In this document: positions 20,849 to 30,218 of the stretch, piece by piece
How the letters are laid out: each line of letters starts with the position of its first letter
How positions within the stretch are numbered: the first letter of the stretch is position 1
The notes under the pieces: model-generated
Databases searched by the model: none
What the model was told of the DNA's origin: nothing
The model's input: the letters and a program-made list of their open reading frames with translations, nothing else
IMG/VR virus record: IMGVR_UViG_3300009180_000022
Direction: 5' to 3' (one strand)
From: a virus
DNA length: 64,000 nucleotides
Program-made: the position numbers and the translations under genes

Positions 20849-21699
20849 TGAGTCGCCTTAAGGTTTCCGAGCTATTTTATTCTATCCAGGGTGAGGGTAG
20901 ATATATGGGAGTGCCAAGTGTATTCCTCCGTACATTTGGCTGTAATTTCACCTGTGACGGCTTTAATATGCCTCCTGGTGAAAAGAGCAATGAACGCAAT
21001 GTCATTGCAAATAATGCTGGTGAAATTAAAGTATACAAAGAACTACCTTTAGTATCAACAGGATGTGATTCATATGCGTCGTGGGATGTTAGGTTTAAGC
21101 ATCTAAGTCCGATGCTTTCTATTGATGCCGTAGTTGATGGCATATTAGACATTCTTCCTCATAATGAATGGAAGGACGAACATCTAGTAATTACAGGTGG
21201 TGAGCCTTTACTAGGATGGCAACGTGCATATCCTGACTTGCTGTCTCATTCAAGAATGGATAACTTAAAAGAACTTACATTTGAGACTAATGGTACACAA
21301 CCTCTATCTGATGAGTTATATGAGTTTCTTAGTGAATGGACATTTGCACGGGTAGGTTATGATAACCTTACATTCTCGGTATCACCAAAGCTGTCGGCTT
21401 CTGGAGAAAGCTGGGATGATGCAATTAAACCAGAGATTGTAAGTAAGTATTCTGCTGTTGGTTATACCTATCTTAAATTTGTAATAAGCAACCTAGATCA
21501 CCTTATCGAGGCAGAGACTGCAGTAGAGGCATACCGTGATCACGGATTTGATGGACCAGTATACTTGATGCCTGTTGGTGGCACTAGTGAGGTATACAAT
21601 ATGAATAACAGGCAAGTTGCCGAATACTCTATGGTTAAGGGTTGGAGATATAGCGATCGACTGCAAGTGCCGCTTTTTAAGAACGAATGGGGAACCTAA
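20848..21699 (+). CDS. queE: 7-carboxy-7-deazaguanine synthase QueE (radical SAM)
   Basis: ELFYSIQGEG, FLRTFGCNFTC...CDS, ITGGEP, FETNGT, VSPKL. Confidence 0.93.
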   Translation: MSRLKVSELFYSIQGEGRYMGVPSVFLRTFGCNFTCDGFNMPPGEKSNERNVIANNAGEIKVYKELPLVSTGCDSYASWDVRFKHLSPMLSIDAVVDGILDILPHNEWKDEHLVITGGEPLLGWQRAYPDLLSHSRMDNLKELTFETNGTQPLSDELYEFLSEWTFARVGYDNLTFSVSPKLSASGESWDDAIKPEIVSKYSAVGYTYLKFVISNLDHLIEAETAVEAYRDHGFDGPVYLMPVGGTSEVYNMNNRQVAEYSMVKGWRYSDRLQVPLFKNEWGT

Positions 21700-22178
21700 T
21701 GGCAAAGTTTATTTCAACAAAAACATACAATCAAATTGGACCAGTAGCATACAGGCAATGGCGCGCCGATAGTCACTGTAACCTTATCCATGGTTACGCG
21801 TTATCGTTTCACTTTGAGTTTGAATGTGATACATTAGATGCACGTAACTGGTGCATGGACTTTGGAGGATTAAAGCCTCTCAAGCAAAATCTAGAAGATT
21901 GGTTCGATCATACATTGCTAGTTGCACAAGATGACCCAATGCGTGAGCACTTGCTTGCACTTGGTAAGTTAAAGCTGGCAAAGATTACAGAGGTCGAAAA
22001 GACTGGATGTGAAGGTATTTCTGATTTCTTGTATGAGTATATCAACACTATCTTCTTACCTCAGTATGGTAAGACAGAGGCCGAACGCATTTGGTGCTGC
22101 AAAGTACAAGTACGTGAGACGGATGCAAATATGGCCATGCGTGTTGGTCATCGTGAAGATAATGAATTTGTAGGATAA
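21699..22178 (+). CDS. queD: 6-carboxytetrahydropterin synthase QueD
   Basis: CNLIHGY, MDFGGLK, FDH, GCE; context of que genes. Confidence 0.9.
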   Translation: MAKFISTKTYNQIGPVAYRQWRADSHCNLIHGYALSFHFEFECDTLDARNWCMDFGGLKPLKQNLEDWFDHTLLVAQDDPMREHLLALGKLKLAKITEVEKTGCEGISDFLYEYINTIFLPQYGKTEAERIWCCKVQVRETDANMAMRVGHREDNEFVG

Positions 22179-22180
22179 TT

Positions 22181-22876
22181 ATGACCGAGCGATATTTTTC
22201 TGATGTTATTCGTGAGAGGATGAATAAGGATGGTAAACGTTATTTTGCATGTGATAATATTTCTGAATATCTTGATGATCATGGACGAGATTTTCTCATC
22301 ACCGAACTGACTGAAAAGTTCAATGGAGTACTTGAGTCACTCCTGATCGATACAACGAATGATCCGAACAGTCAAGGTACAGGCAAGCGTCTGGCTAAGA
22401 TGTATGTTAATGAGATTATGTCTGGGCGTTATTATCCTGAACCAGCCTCTACTGCCTTCCCTAACGAAGGGAGTGAACGGTATACAGGTATGTTAGTTGT
22501 TCGTGCAGAACTTAAGTCAATGTGTAGTCATCATCACCAACCAGTTCGAGGTATTGCATACATCGGTATCATTCCTGGTAATAAGGTAATTGGACTTTCT
22601 AAGTATGCACGGGTTGCGCAATGGCATGCCCGCCGTGGGACACTACAGGAAGAATTATGCACCCATATTGCCAATTCAATTATGAATTCAACCGAGTCAC
22701 CTGATGTTGCTGTTTACATTGCTGCGCGTCATGGGTGCTGTGAAAATCGTGGATTGAACGCCCATTCGTCACTGACTCAAACAACCGTATTGCATGGCCA
22801 ATTCCATCAAGCAGATGTAAAGAAAGAGTTCTTCGACAACATTACGCTACAGCAATCATACAATGAGAAAATTTAA
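22181..22876 (+). CDS. folE: GTP cyclohydrolase I
   Basis: SMCSHH, VIGLSKYAR, LQEEL, HGCCENRG. Confidence 0.95.
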   Translation: MTERYFSDVIRERMNKDGKRYFACDNISEYLDDHGRDFLITELTEKFNGVLESLLIDTTNDPNSQGTGKRLAKMYVNEIMSGRYYPEPASTAFPNEGSERYTGMLVVRAELKSMCSHHHQPVRGIAYIGIIPGNKVIGLSKYARVAQWHARRGTLQEELCTHIANSIMNSTESPDVAVYIAARHGCCENRGLNAHSSLTQTTVLHGQFHQADVKKEFFDNITLQQSYNEKI

Positions 22877-22879
22877 CGC

Positions 22880-22908
22880 TTGCATTAATTAACGGAGTCA
22901 GTTATAAT
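22880..22908 (+). promoter_or_regulatory. Early sigma70-type promoter inside the modification cluster
   Basis: TTGCAT-N17-TATAAT with TAATTA after the -35, resembling the repeated early promoter. Confidence 0.75.
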
Positions 22909-22937
22909 TAACTATCTCTAACTTAATAGGTGTTATT

Positions 22938-23195
22938 ATGACTCAAGCAACTTCAAAGCCTCGTGTTAAGTCTGACGGTATCGGTGAAGATACTATGAAG
23001 ACTTTATATGAGGTATTTAATACAGCAAATACTGATGATTATAAGTTGATGTGTTTAGAAGTGATTGGATGCTCGAATGCTAAACCAGCTACCAAGCAAA
23101 GGTTTAATGATCTTATTACTCAAAGCAATAGCAAGGCTACTATGCTGACCCGGGTTACTAATTTTTTCTTAGCAGGTGAAGGAAAAGGTGTATGA
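22938..23195 (+). CDS. Hypothetical protein
   Basis: ORF after early promoter, AGGTG RBS. Confidence 0.65.
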   Translation: MTQATSKPRVKSDGIGEDTMKTLYEVFNTANTDDYKLMCLEVIGCSNAKPATKQRFNDLITQSNSKATMLTRVTNFFLAGEGKGV

Positions 23196-23605
23196 GCGAG
23201 ATTAACGGTAAGATGTATTTGGCGCGTTTCACGAATAGGGAGACGCGAGAGATAGAGTTCTATAAGTTCGGTCATACTCATTCGTATGATGCAATGGATC
23301 GATTTACATACGCCCCTGCGCAATACGAAAAGTGGAATATTAAGATTATGAAAACGGTCTACGGGCCGTTAGAACAGATGAAGGGCATTGAAGAGACCTT
23401 TAAAGCATTGTATCCAAAGAATCTATGGATCGATGAAAAGGTATCCGGTGTTACTGAAATTGTAAAGCTTGAGCAGCCTGCAATTGATCGTATAATTGGA
23501 TTGATGACTCAACTTAATGGTGTGTACTGGCGTCAACGTGAGCGCGAGAAAGCACAAGGTATTATTGACTATTTAAAGGTATTAGATGAAGAAGATCGCC
23601 CATGA
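23192..23605 (+). CDS. Putative GIY-YIG-superfamily (T5orf172-like) nuclease
   Basis: GKMYL...FYKFGHT...DRF...E pattern resembling a GIY-YIG core; 137 aa. Confidence 0.45.
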   Translation: MSEINGKMYLARFTNRETREIEFYKFGHTHSYDAMDRFTYAPAQYEKWNIKIMKTVYGPLEQMKGIEETFKALYPKNLWIDEKVSGVTEIVKLEQPAIDRIIGLMTQLNGVYWRQREREKAQGIIDYLKVLDEEDRP

Positions 23606-24374
23606 AGCCCCTATTGGTATTTTTAGTCGTATACAGGAAGTAACCGATTATGATTATGCTCTAGTACATTTGTTTGAAGAGCGTGTGGACTATTGGGAAA
23701 AGTTTGTACGGGCTAAGAAGATGGGGCGTGAGATTATTCTTGATAACTCTATTTTTGAATTAGGAGAGGCATTTGAGAAGGATAAGTTCTGTCATTGGGT
23801 AGAGAAACTCCTTCCCACCTGGTATGTTATTCCTGATGCGCTTGAGGATGCTGAGCGTACGGTTAAGAATGTAAAAGATTGGCAGCATTTTGCTGGTTGT
23901 AAATCGATTGGTGTAGTGCAAGGCAAGACCTACGAAGAAGTGAAATGGTGTTATCAAGAGATCGAACCTCTAGTTGATAAAGTGGCTATCTCATTTGACT
24001 ATCATTTCTTTATTGATATTGACCTCAATGGGTTTTTGCCCACGAAGTATCATCACTTTATGTACGGGCGTGATGCGATGATTCATCGCCTCCTTTCTGA
24101 CGGGGTTATTAATGAGAATAAACCTCATCATCTACTTGGGTGTGGGTTGCCTCAGGAGTTTGAAAGTTATAGGGAATTAAATTGGATTGAAAGTATTGAT
24201 ACATCTAACCCTGTAGTTGCAGCGATTAAAGGAATGACCTATAATGGACGCAAAGGCCTTGAAGATAAACCATCACAAAAGCTATTCACTATGCTGGATA
24301 GTAAGCTTAGTTCCTACGAATTACAGCTGGTACTGTATAACATCGAGTGTTTTAGGGCAATTGTAAATGGCTAA
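23586..24374 (+). CDS. dpdA: DpdA-like (TGT-fold) 7-deazaguanine transglycosylase
   Basis: ILDNS, IPD, GVVQG, HHLLG, SIDTS TGT-barrel motifs inside a folE/queDECF cluster. Confidence 0.78.
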   Translation: MKKIAHEAPIGIFSRIQEVTDYDYALVHLFEERVDYWEKFVRAKKMGREIILDNSIFELGEAFEKDKFCHWVEKLLPTWYVIPDALEDAERTVKNVKDWQHFAGCKSIGVVQGKTYEEVKWCYQEIEPLVDKVAISFDYHFFIDIDLNGFLPTKYHHFMYGRDAMIHRLLSDGVINENKPHHLLGCGLPQEFESYRELNWIESIDTSNPVVAAIKGMTYNGRKGLEDKPSQKLFTMLDSKLSSYELQLVLYNIECFRAIVNG

Positions 24375-24906
24375 AAAGTGGATTGCGTTGTATAGTCAGA
24401 CTGGGTCTGAGATTGCAGCTTTGTCTAAGGCGATTGATCGTAAGCCAGATATTCATCTGACAAATAACGTTGTGTTTACGGCTAATACTATTGTTAGTGG
24501 TACTATACTGAGGGCAAAGCATTCATGGATAGTTTCATACCTTGAAAATCAGGTAATATACGATCCAAAAGATACCATCATTACACTTCATGGATACTTA
24601 CGCATACTTCCAGTAAGTTTGTGCACCAAGTATACCATCTATAATGGGCATCCTGGAGCTATTGATCTATACCCTGAGTTGAAAGGTAAAGATCCACAGG
24701 TTAGAACGTGGGAGAACAAAGAACGATATAAGTTCATCGGTAGTGTGGTACATAAGGTAGTACCGGAAGTGGATGCAGGAGAGATCATTAAAAGTGTTCA
24801 TCTTTCTAATACATCTCAATCGATTGATGATACATTCTCAATGCTTAGGATGTGTTCACTTAGTGCATGGACATTTGCAATGAAGGAAATAGGAATATGC
24901 GAATAG
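24367..24906 (+). CDS. PurN-like formyltransferase (DpdN-like, preQ1 formylation)
   Basis: GYLRIL, YNGHPG, GSVVHKV..EVDAGEI formyltransferase motifs; coupled to dpdA. Confidence 0.8.
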   Translation: MAKKWIALYSQTGSEIAALSKAIDRKPDIHLTNNVVFTANTIVSGTILRAKHSWIVSYLENQVIYDPKDTIITLHGYLRILPVSLCTKYTIYNGHPGAIDLYPELKGKDPQVRTWENKERYKFIGSVVHKVVPEVDAGEIIKSVHLSNTSQSIDDTFSMLRMCSLSAWTFAMKEIGICE

Positions 24907-25436
24907 GAATAACTGGTGCGCAGTCGGTAGGCAAGACTACTTTGCTTAATGCGTTACGTTCGGAAGATATGTTTAAAGATCTCGTCATATGTGATGAGGT
25001 TACGCGTAGGGTTAAGGGTTATGGTTTGCCAATTAATGAGGCTGGTAATGATATAACACAACGGCTTATAATGAACGAGCATGTGGTCAATGTATTTTTG
25101 TATGACAATATGATTACCGATCGTACAGTGCTAGACGGATTAGTTTATAGCAGCTATTTGCTCAAAAATCGTAAAGTTAGTATTGATACATTCAGGTATG
25201 TGTATGATGTATACACTAAAGTAACACCCTATTATGATTATATTTTTTATATTGAGCCTGAGTTTGATATAGAAAATGACGGTACGCGTAGTGTGGATGT
25301 AGAGTTTAGGAATGAAATAGCTAGTCTGTTTGAGAGTTTAATATACCAGCATAAGATGGATGTTATTAGGATTGGTGGTTCAGTACGTAACCGCGTTAAT
25401 CAAATTATTGATATTATAGAAAAGGATAAAGAATGA
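24897..25436 (+). CDS. P-loop nucleotide kinase-like protein (NMP-kinase/AAA_28 type)
   Basis: GITGAQSVGKTT, ITDRTVLD, END.TR lid. Confidence 0.75.
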   Translation: MRIGITGAQSVGKTTLLNALRSEDMFKDLVICDEVTRRVKGYGLPINEAGNDITQRLIMNEHVVNVFLYDNMITDRTVLDGLVYSSYLLKNRKVSIDTFRYVYDVYTKVTPYYDYIFYIEPEFDIENDGTRSVDVEFRNEIASLFESLIYQHKMDVIRIGGSVRNRVNQIIDIIEKDKE

Positions 25437-26347
25437 GCGAAATCGAAGATATTGCAAGCGTTCACCTAGGTAAGGCAGGTGATGGTACGGTAGTTAAACC
25501 TTATATTACACCTGATGAAGTAGATCCAGGATTGCTGGTATCTATTCCACGGTATCTTAATCGTACTGCGTATGGTATTGAGGAAGATAATCTGCCGTTT
25601 GCTGGGTATGATGTGTGGAATGCATATGAGTTTTCTACGCTATTAAAGAATGGATTTCCAATTTCTGGGCTAGTAAAGTTTGCATATCCAGCTGATTCTC
25701 CAAATATTGTAGAGAGTAAATCGGTTAAGCTTTACCTCAACTCATATAACATGGCCAGTGTTATTGATAACTGGGAAGATGTTTATATACTCGAGGATAA
25801 GATTACCGCCGATCTCGAGAAAGCTGTCGGGGCCCAGGTAAATGTTAACATCTTCCAGGGTGATCTGGATACTATTAGGCCAGTTGCAGGTGATTTTACA
25901 TTGCTTGAGTCATACTGTAACATTCCTAATATGGAATTTAACAGCTACGAAGAATCATCAGATATTCTAGAAGTAGTTCCAAGTATTGGTCGTTACGAGC
26001 GTTGGCGTTCGCACTCACTCCGCTCCAATTGCCGGGTAACAAATCAACCGGACTGGGGTGATGTGTATGTTCATATTAAGGGTGAGCTTAGCGTGACACC
26101 AGAATCACTTTTGAAGTATATCATTTCTATGAGAAAAGAGAATCACTTCCACGAAGAGATTTGCGAGTGTATCTATACCAGGCTTAATGCATTGCTTGCA
26201 CCAGATGAGCTGCTAGTTACATGCTTGTATACTCGTCGTGGAGGTATTGATATTAATCCCGTTCGTAGTAGCAATCCTTTCCTGATGTATCGTTATACGC
26301 CAATCATTGACGTTACTCAACCTAGTACAAAGACTGCCCGTCAATGA
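25433..26347 (+). CDS. queF: NADPH-dependent preQ0 reductase QueF (two-domain type)
   Basis: QueF motif ESKSVKLYLNS, CRVTNQPDWG, FHEEICE, YTRRGGIDINP. Confidence 0.93.
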   Translation: MSEIEDIASVHLGKAGDGTVVKPYITPDEVDPGLLVSIPRYLNRTAYGIEEDNLPFAGYDVWNAYEFSTLLKNGFPISGLVKFAYPADSPNIVESKSVKLYLNSYNMASVIDNWEDVYILEDKITADLEKAVGAQVNVNIFQGDLDTIRPVAGDFTLLESYCNIPNMEFNSYEESSDILEVVPSIGRYERWRSHSLRSNCRVTNQPDWGDVYVHIKGELSVTPESLLKYIISMRKENHFHEEICECIYTRLNALLAPDELLVTCLYTRRGGIDINPVRSSNPFLMYRYTPIIDVTQPSTKTARQ

Positions 26348-26550
26348 TTGATAAAAATGTAGAGGCCATTCGTCAGTCATTACTCGAACGAATGGAAAAA
26401 GGATATAAGAAATACGGCACTACTACCGAACGTGTCGATATTGACCTGATGGGATGGTTGCAGCATTTACAGGAAGAACTGATGGATGCTGCAGTATATG
26501 TTGAAAGGATTAAAGATGAACTTAGAACAAGCGCTAGCAAAACTACCTGA
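26344..26550 (+). CDS. Small all-alpha NTP pyrophosphatase-like protein (MazG-like)
   Basis: KYG...WLQHLQEELMDAAVY, EExxD metal-binding helix. Confidence 0.5.
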   Translation: MIDKNVEAIRQSLLERMEKGYKKYGTTTERVDIDLMGWLQHLQEELMDAAVYVERIKDELRTSASKTT

Positions 26551-27277
26551 TACAGATGCAAATGTTGTATCGGTATTGTCTGGAGGTCTTGATTCAACTA
26601 TTCTAACGTACATCTTAGTTAAGAAGTATGGTAAGGACCGAGTATTTGCTTTGACTTATGATTATGGACAGAAGCAGAGGCGTGAAATTGATATGGCTCG
26701 TGCAACCTGCATGTACATTGAAGTTAAACATAAGGTACTTGACTTGAGTATACTGGGTGATATTGTTAAAGATGTGTCAGCTAACATCAAAGGCACTGCT
26801 GTTGAGATGCCATCCATTAAGGATGTGCTTGGTGACCCACAACCAAAGACGTATGTACCTTTCCGTAATATGATCCTTAATTCGTTAGCATTCTCATTTG
26901 CTGAGTCGAATAAAGCAAGTCATGTGTTTACTGGATTACAGGTTCACGATCAGTATGGGTATTGGGATACGTCTCAACGCTTTGTTGATAGTATGAATAA
27001 CGTTGCTTCTCAAAACAGATCACATAAGGTATCCCTTGAGGCTCCATTTTCCGAACTATCAAAGTATGATGAGATTTTAATTGCCCAAGAGATGGGGGGC
27101 GTTGAATTAGATCTCACCCTCACATGCTATAATCCTGATGTTGATGGTCGTAGTTGTGGTAAGTGCCCATCGTGTAGTGAGCGTATTGCTAACTTTGCGA
27201 AAGCTGGCATTAAGGATCCAATTCCGTATAATGTAGAGATACCCTGGGATAAACTACTTGTAATGAATAACGATTAA
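26516..27277 (+). CDS. queC: 7-cyano-7-deazaguanine synthase QueC
   Basis: SGGLDS, YDYGQK, YVPFRN, TCY...CGKCPSC. Confidence 0.95.
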   Translation: MNLEQALAKLPDTDANVVSVLSGGLDSTILTYILVKKYGKDRVFALTYDYGQKQRREIDMARATCMYIEVKHKVLDLSILGDIVKDVSANIKGTAVEMPSIKDVLGDPQPKTYVPFRNMILNSLAFSFAESNKASHVFTGLQVHDQYGYWDTSQRFVDSMNNVASQNRSHKVSLEAPFSELSKYDEILIAQEMGGVELDLTLTCYNPDVDGRSCGKCPSCSERIANFAKAGIKDPIPYNVEIPWDKLLVMNND

Positions 27278-27278
27278 T

Positions 27279-27926
27279 ATGTGCGCTATAGTTGGAAGCT
27301 TTGATAAAGATAAACTTATAGAATTAATTGAGTTAAATAGCTATCGTGGTAGTCATTCATACTCAATCTCTATTTACTCCAGGGACATGCTATTCTCTGT
27401 TAAAAAGGAGATTGGTAAGATTAATTATAATGACATCTTCTTGATCGAAGGTCAGTATGGTATTGTTCATATTCAGGCACCTACTACCGAGGCAAAAGAT
27501 GAAGTAAATATCCATCCTGCTAGGTTCAGGCTGTCAGATCGTTACTATAAATGGCCGGCGTTATGGCATAATGGAATCATTAAGTCTTCTCATGTAAAAA
27601 AGATGCAGGTTAAATACGGTATCGATACTGATTGGGATACTGAACTACTACTTCGTGCTTATATTGAAGAAGGCGCCCGCGGGCTATCAGAAATAGATGG
27701 GTCGTTTAGTTGTCTATACTATGATAGGGCCTGTTTATTTCTTTTTAGAAACGATATCAGCCCTATGTTCTATGATAAAGATCTTAACATATCATCTACA
27801 ATGTTTAAAGAAAGTATATCGACCCCGGCTAATAGGATTCTTAAGTTGGATCTTCAATCTAGGGCGCTATATAATATAGGTGAGTTTAAAACGGTAGAGA
27901 ATCCTTATTTCTTTGCTGATGAATAA
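27279..27926 (+). CDS. Class II (Ntn) glutamine amidotransferase
   Basis: N-terminal MC nucleophile, RG, WHNGII, DTE, IDGSFS. Confidence 0.8.
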   Translation: MCAIVGSFDKDKLIELIELNSYRGSHSYSISIYSRDMLFSVKKEIGKINYNDIFLIEGQYGIVHIQAPTTEAKDEVNIHPARFRLSDRYYKWPALWHNGIIKSSHVKKMQVKYGIDTDWDTELLLRAYIEEGARGLSEIDGSFSCLYYDRACLFLFRNDISPMFYDKDLNISSTMFKESISTPANRILKLDLQSRALYNIGEFKTVENPYFFADE

Positions 27927-27944
27927 TTTGGAGATGATTACATA

Positions 27945-28445
27945 ATGAAGCATATTCTAGGACCTAACTCTAGGTCGTCCCTTACTGCTATCCGAGATGG
28001 AGATAGCCAGCCTAATGCAGTTGATCTAAGAGTCGATAAGATTTTTAAGATTAAAGAAGAACTGTTTGAAATATCTAACGAACATAAGAAGCATAGAGGT
28101 ATTGATTATGAAATCAAACTCGACCCTGAAGGATACTTTGTCCTCCACCCTGGTAGTTACGAAGTCGTTATGGAGAACGTTATTAGTGTGGGAGAACGCG
28201 AAGCAGGTTGGGTCATTACCCGCAGCACTCTTAATCGTAACGGTCTCTTCCTTACATCTGGTCTTTACGATAGCGGCTATAATGGTGTTATGGCCGGCGT
28301 CCTTCACGTTACAATTACTACTGCTAGGATTAAGAAAGGTACGCGAATAGGACAATACTTAAACTTCGATGCAGAGTCATTGAGTTTATATGATGGTGAT
28401 TACGGAATTAACAAAACCCACGATAAAAAATATAGAACGGAGTAA
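27945..28445 (+). CDS. Trimeric dUTPase / dCTP deaminase family protein
   Basis: AVDLR, RSTLNRNG, YDSGYNG, RIGQ, YDGDYG. Confidence 0.85.
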   Translation: MKHILGPNSRSSLTAIRDGDSQPNAVDLRVDKIFKIKEELFEISNEHKKHRGIDYEIKLDPEGYFVLHPGSYEVVMENVISVGEREAGWVITRSTLNRNGLFLTSGLYDSGYNGVMAGVLHVTITTARIKKGTRIGQYLNFDAESLSLYDGDYGINKTHDKKYRTE

Positions 28446-28448
28446 ATT

Positions 28449-29300
28449 ATGAAAATTGAAGTTAAAATTGAAGACTTACAGAAGAAGAAACTATTTGTCG
28501 CCACGCCCATGTACGGTGGGCAGTGTGCAGGTATGTACGCCCGAAGCATGGCTGATCTATCGGCATTCTGTGCCAAGTATAACATCCCATTACAGTTATA
28601 TTACCTTTTCAACGAGTCGTTGATTACTCGTGCACGTAACTATTGCTGTGATGAGTTTATGCGTTCAGATGCAACTCACCTTATGTTTATTGATAGTGAT
28701 ATTGGATTTAATCCACAAGACGTTATTGCGTTAATGGCATTGATGACTGATGAGAGTGAGTATGATGTTATCGGTGGTCCATATCCTAAGAAGTGTATCT
28801 CCTGGGAAAAGATTAAGATGGCTGTTGATAAGGGTGTGGCCGATGAGGACCCAAATAACCTCGAGAAGTTCGTTGGTGATTATGTGTTTAATCCTAAATC
28901 ACAACAAAAAGAGATTCCACTAGGTGAACCAGTAGAAGTATTAGAGATTGGTACTGGCTTTATGATGGTTCGTAAGAATACATTTAACAAATATGCCGAA
29001 GCATACCCATACCAAAGCTACAAACCCGATCATGTACGTACTGAGCACTTCGATGGTAGTCGTGAGATTATGGCATACTTCGATTGCATTATTGATCCAG
29101 TAAGCAAGCGTTACCTGTCTGAGGATTATAACTTCTGCTATCATGTTCAAAAGATGGGATTGAAAGTATGGTTCTGCCCATGGATGCAACTACAGCACGT
29201 TGGTAGTTATATATTTGGCGGCAGCTTGGCAGACCTGGCAAGTATCGGTGCATCAGCAACAGCTGACCAAGGGCAACTTAATAAGAAGAAGGGTAAATAA
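28449..29300 (+). CDS. GT-A-fold glycosyltransferase-like protein
   Basis: VATPMYGG, ESLITRARN, FIDSD (DxD), GTGFMM, LSEDYNFC. Confidence 0.65.
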   Translation: MKIEVKIEDLQKKKLFVATPMYGGQCAGMYARSMADLSAFCAKYNIPLQLYYLFNESLITRARNYCCDEFMRSDATHLMFIDSDIGFNPQDVIALMALMTDESEYDVIGGPYPKKCISWEKIKMAVDKGVADEDPNNLEKFVGDYVFNPKSQQKEIPLGEPVEVLEIGTGFMMVRKNTFNKYAEAYPYQSYKPDHVRTEHFDGSREIMAYFDCIIDPVSKRYLSEDYNFCYHVQKMGLKVWFCPWMQLQHVGSYIFGGSLADLASIGASATADQGQLNKKKGK

Positions 29301-30202
29301 TGAGCGATATATTTTCGTATGATACTACGGCCGGTCTTAAAATTGAAGAGAACCCGCTTAAAGCACAATACCCCGATCAGACTGATAATGAGTATTGGAG
29401 CAAAGTACCTCAACTCTTTGAGCAAGAGTTTGAGGATAAAACTAAACTAGAGACGTTTAAATCTAATTGGATTGTCAACAGAGTACCATTGTACCTTTCA
29501 ACATTCGGTCAGTTAGAAGAATCATATATTAAGGATACTCTCAGTCTTATTTTTAGACATGTACCTCCTTCAAGTCATGAGGATTTCTTAAGTCTTATGG
29601 TTGAGCCTCGTCGTGGACATACAGATAAATCTTATGCCGAAACTACTGTTTCATTCGATATTGACACTAATGGTAGTAAGCGAGTACTTAAAAATATTGG
29701 ATATCTTCGAAGCATCCGCGTACATAATGTGCTTATGTTTGAATGTACTACTAGCAAGAAAATTAAAGATTATGATGTAATAGTAGAAATTGGTGGTGGT
29801 ATAGGTGAGTTCGCTAAAATTGTTCGTGATACTGGTTTTGAAGGTGAGTATTATGGAGTAGATTTTCCTCCTATGTGCGAGATCAATCAATACTATAATG
29901 AGTTTAACGAAAAGAACTTTTATGTGAATGATGCAATTGACCTACCTGACTTCGGTGATAAGAAAGTTCTTGTTATTGGTACATGGTCATTTAGTGAAGT
30001 ACCTGTATTGTACAGGGAAGAAATTATTAGCAAGATTCCTGGATGTGATTGGCTTCTTACTATTCAAGCAAATGTGATGGGTATTGATAATCTGAATTAT
30101 TTCTGTAATGATTTTGGACCGCGCACTGGTAAGAGGAATCAAATCTATCATATTCAATTTCATCCATACCAAGGTGGTAACTTTTACTACTTTGTAACCT
30201 GA
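29300..30202 (+). CDS. Putative SAM-dependent (sugar O-)methyltransferase
   Basis: VEIGGGIG motif I, VDFP, WSFSE. Confidence 0.6.
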   Translation: MSDIFSYDTTAGLKIEENPLKAQYPDQTDNEYWSKVPQLFEQEFEDKTKLETFKSNWIVNRVPLYLSTFGQLEESYIKDTLSLIFRHVPPSSHEDFLSLMVEPRRGHTDKSYAETTVSFDIDTNGSKRVLKNIGYLRSIRVHNVLMFECTTSKKIKDYDVIVEIGGGIGEFAKIVRDTGFEGEYYGVDFPPMCEINQYYNEFNEKNFYVNDAIDLPDFGDKKVLVIGTWSFSEVPVLYREEIISKIPGCDWLLTIQANVMGIDNLNYFCNDFGPRTGKRNQIYHIQFHPYQGGNFYYFVT

Positions 30203-30218
30203 GCTCTTTTACTATATT

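Noticed and set aside
23586-24374. Cluster as tRNA queuosine biosynthesis
   Set aside because: No queA or queG/H, the protein is short and lacks the zinc-binding region of bacterial Tgt, and a DpdN-like partner follows; DNA modification fits better
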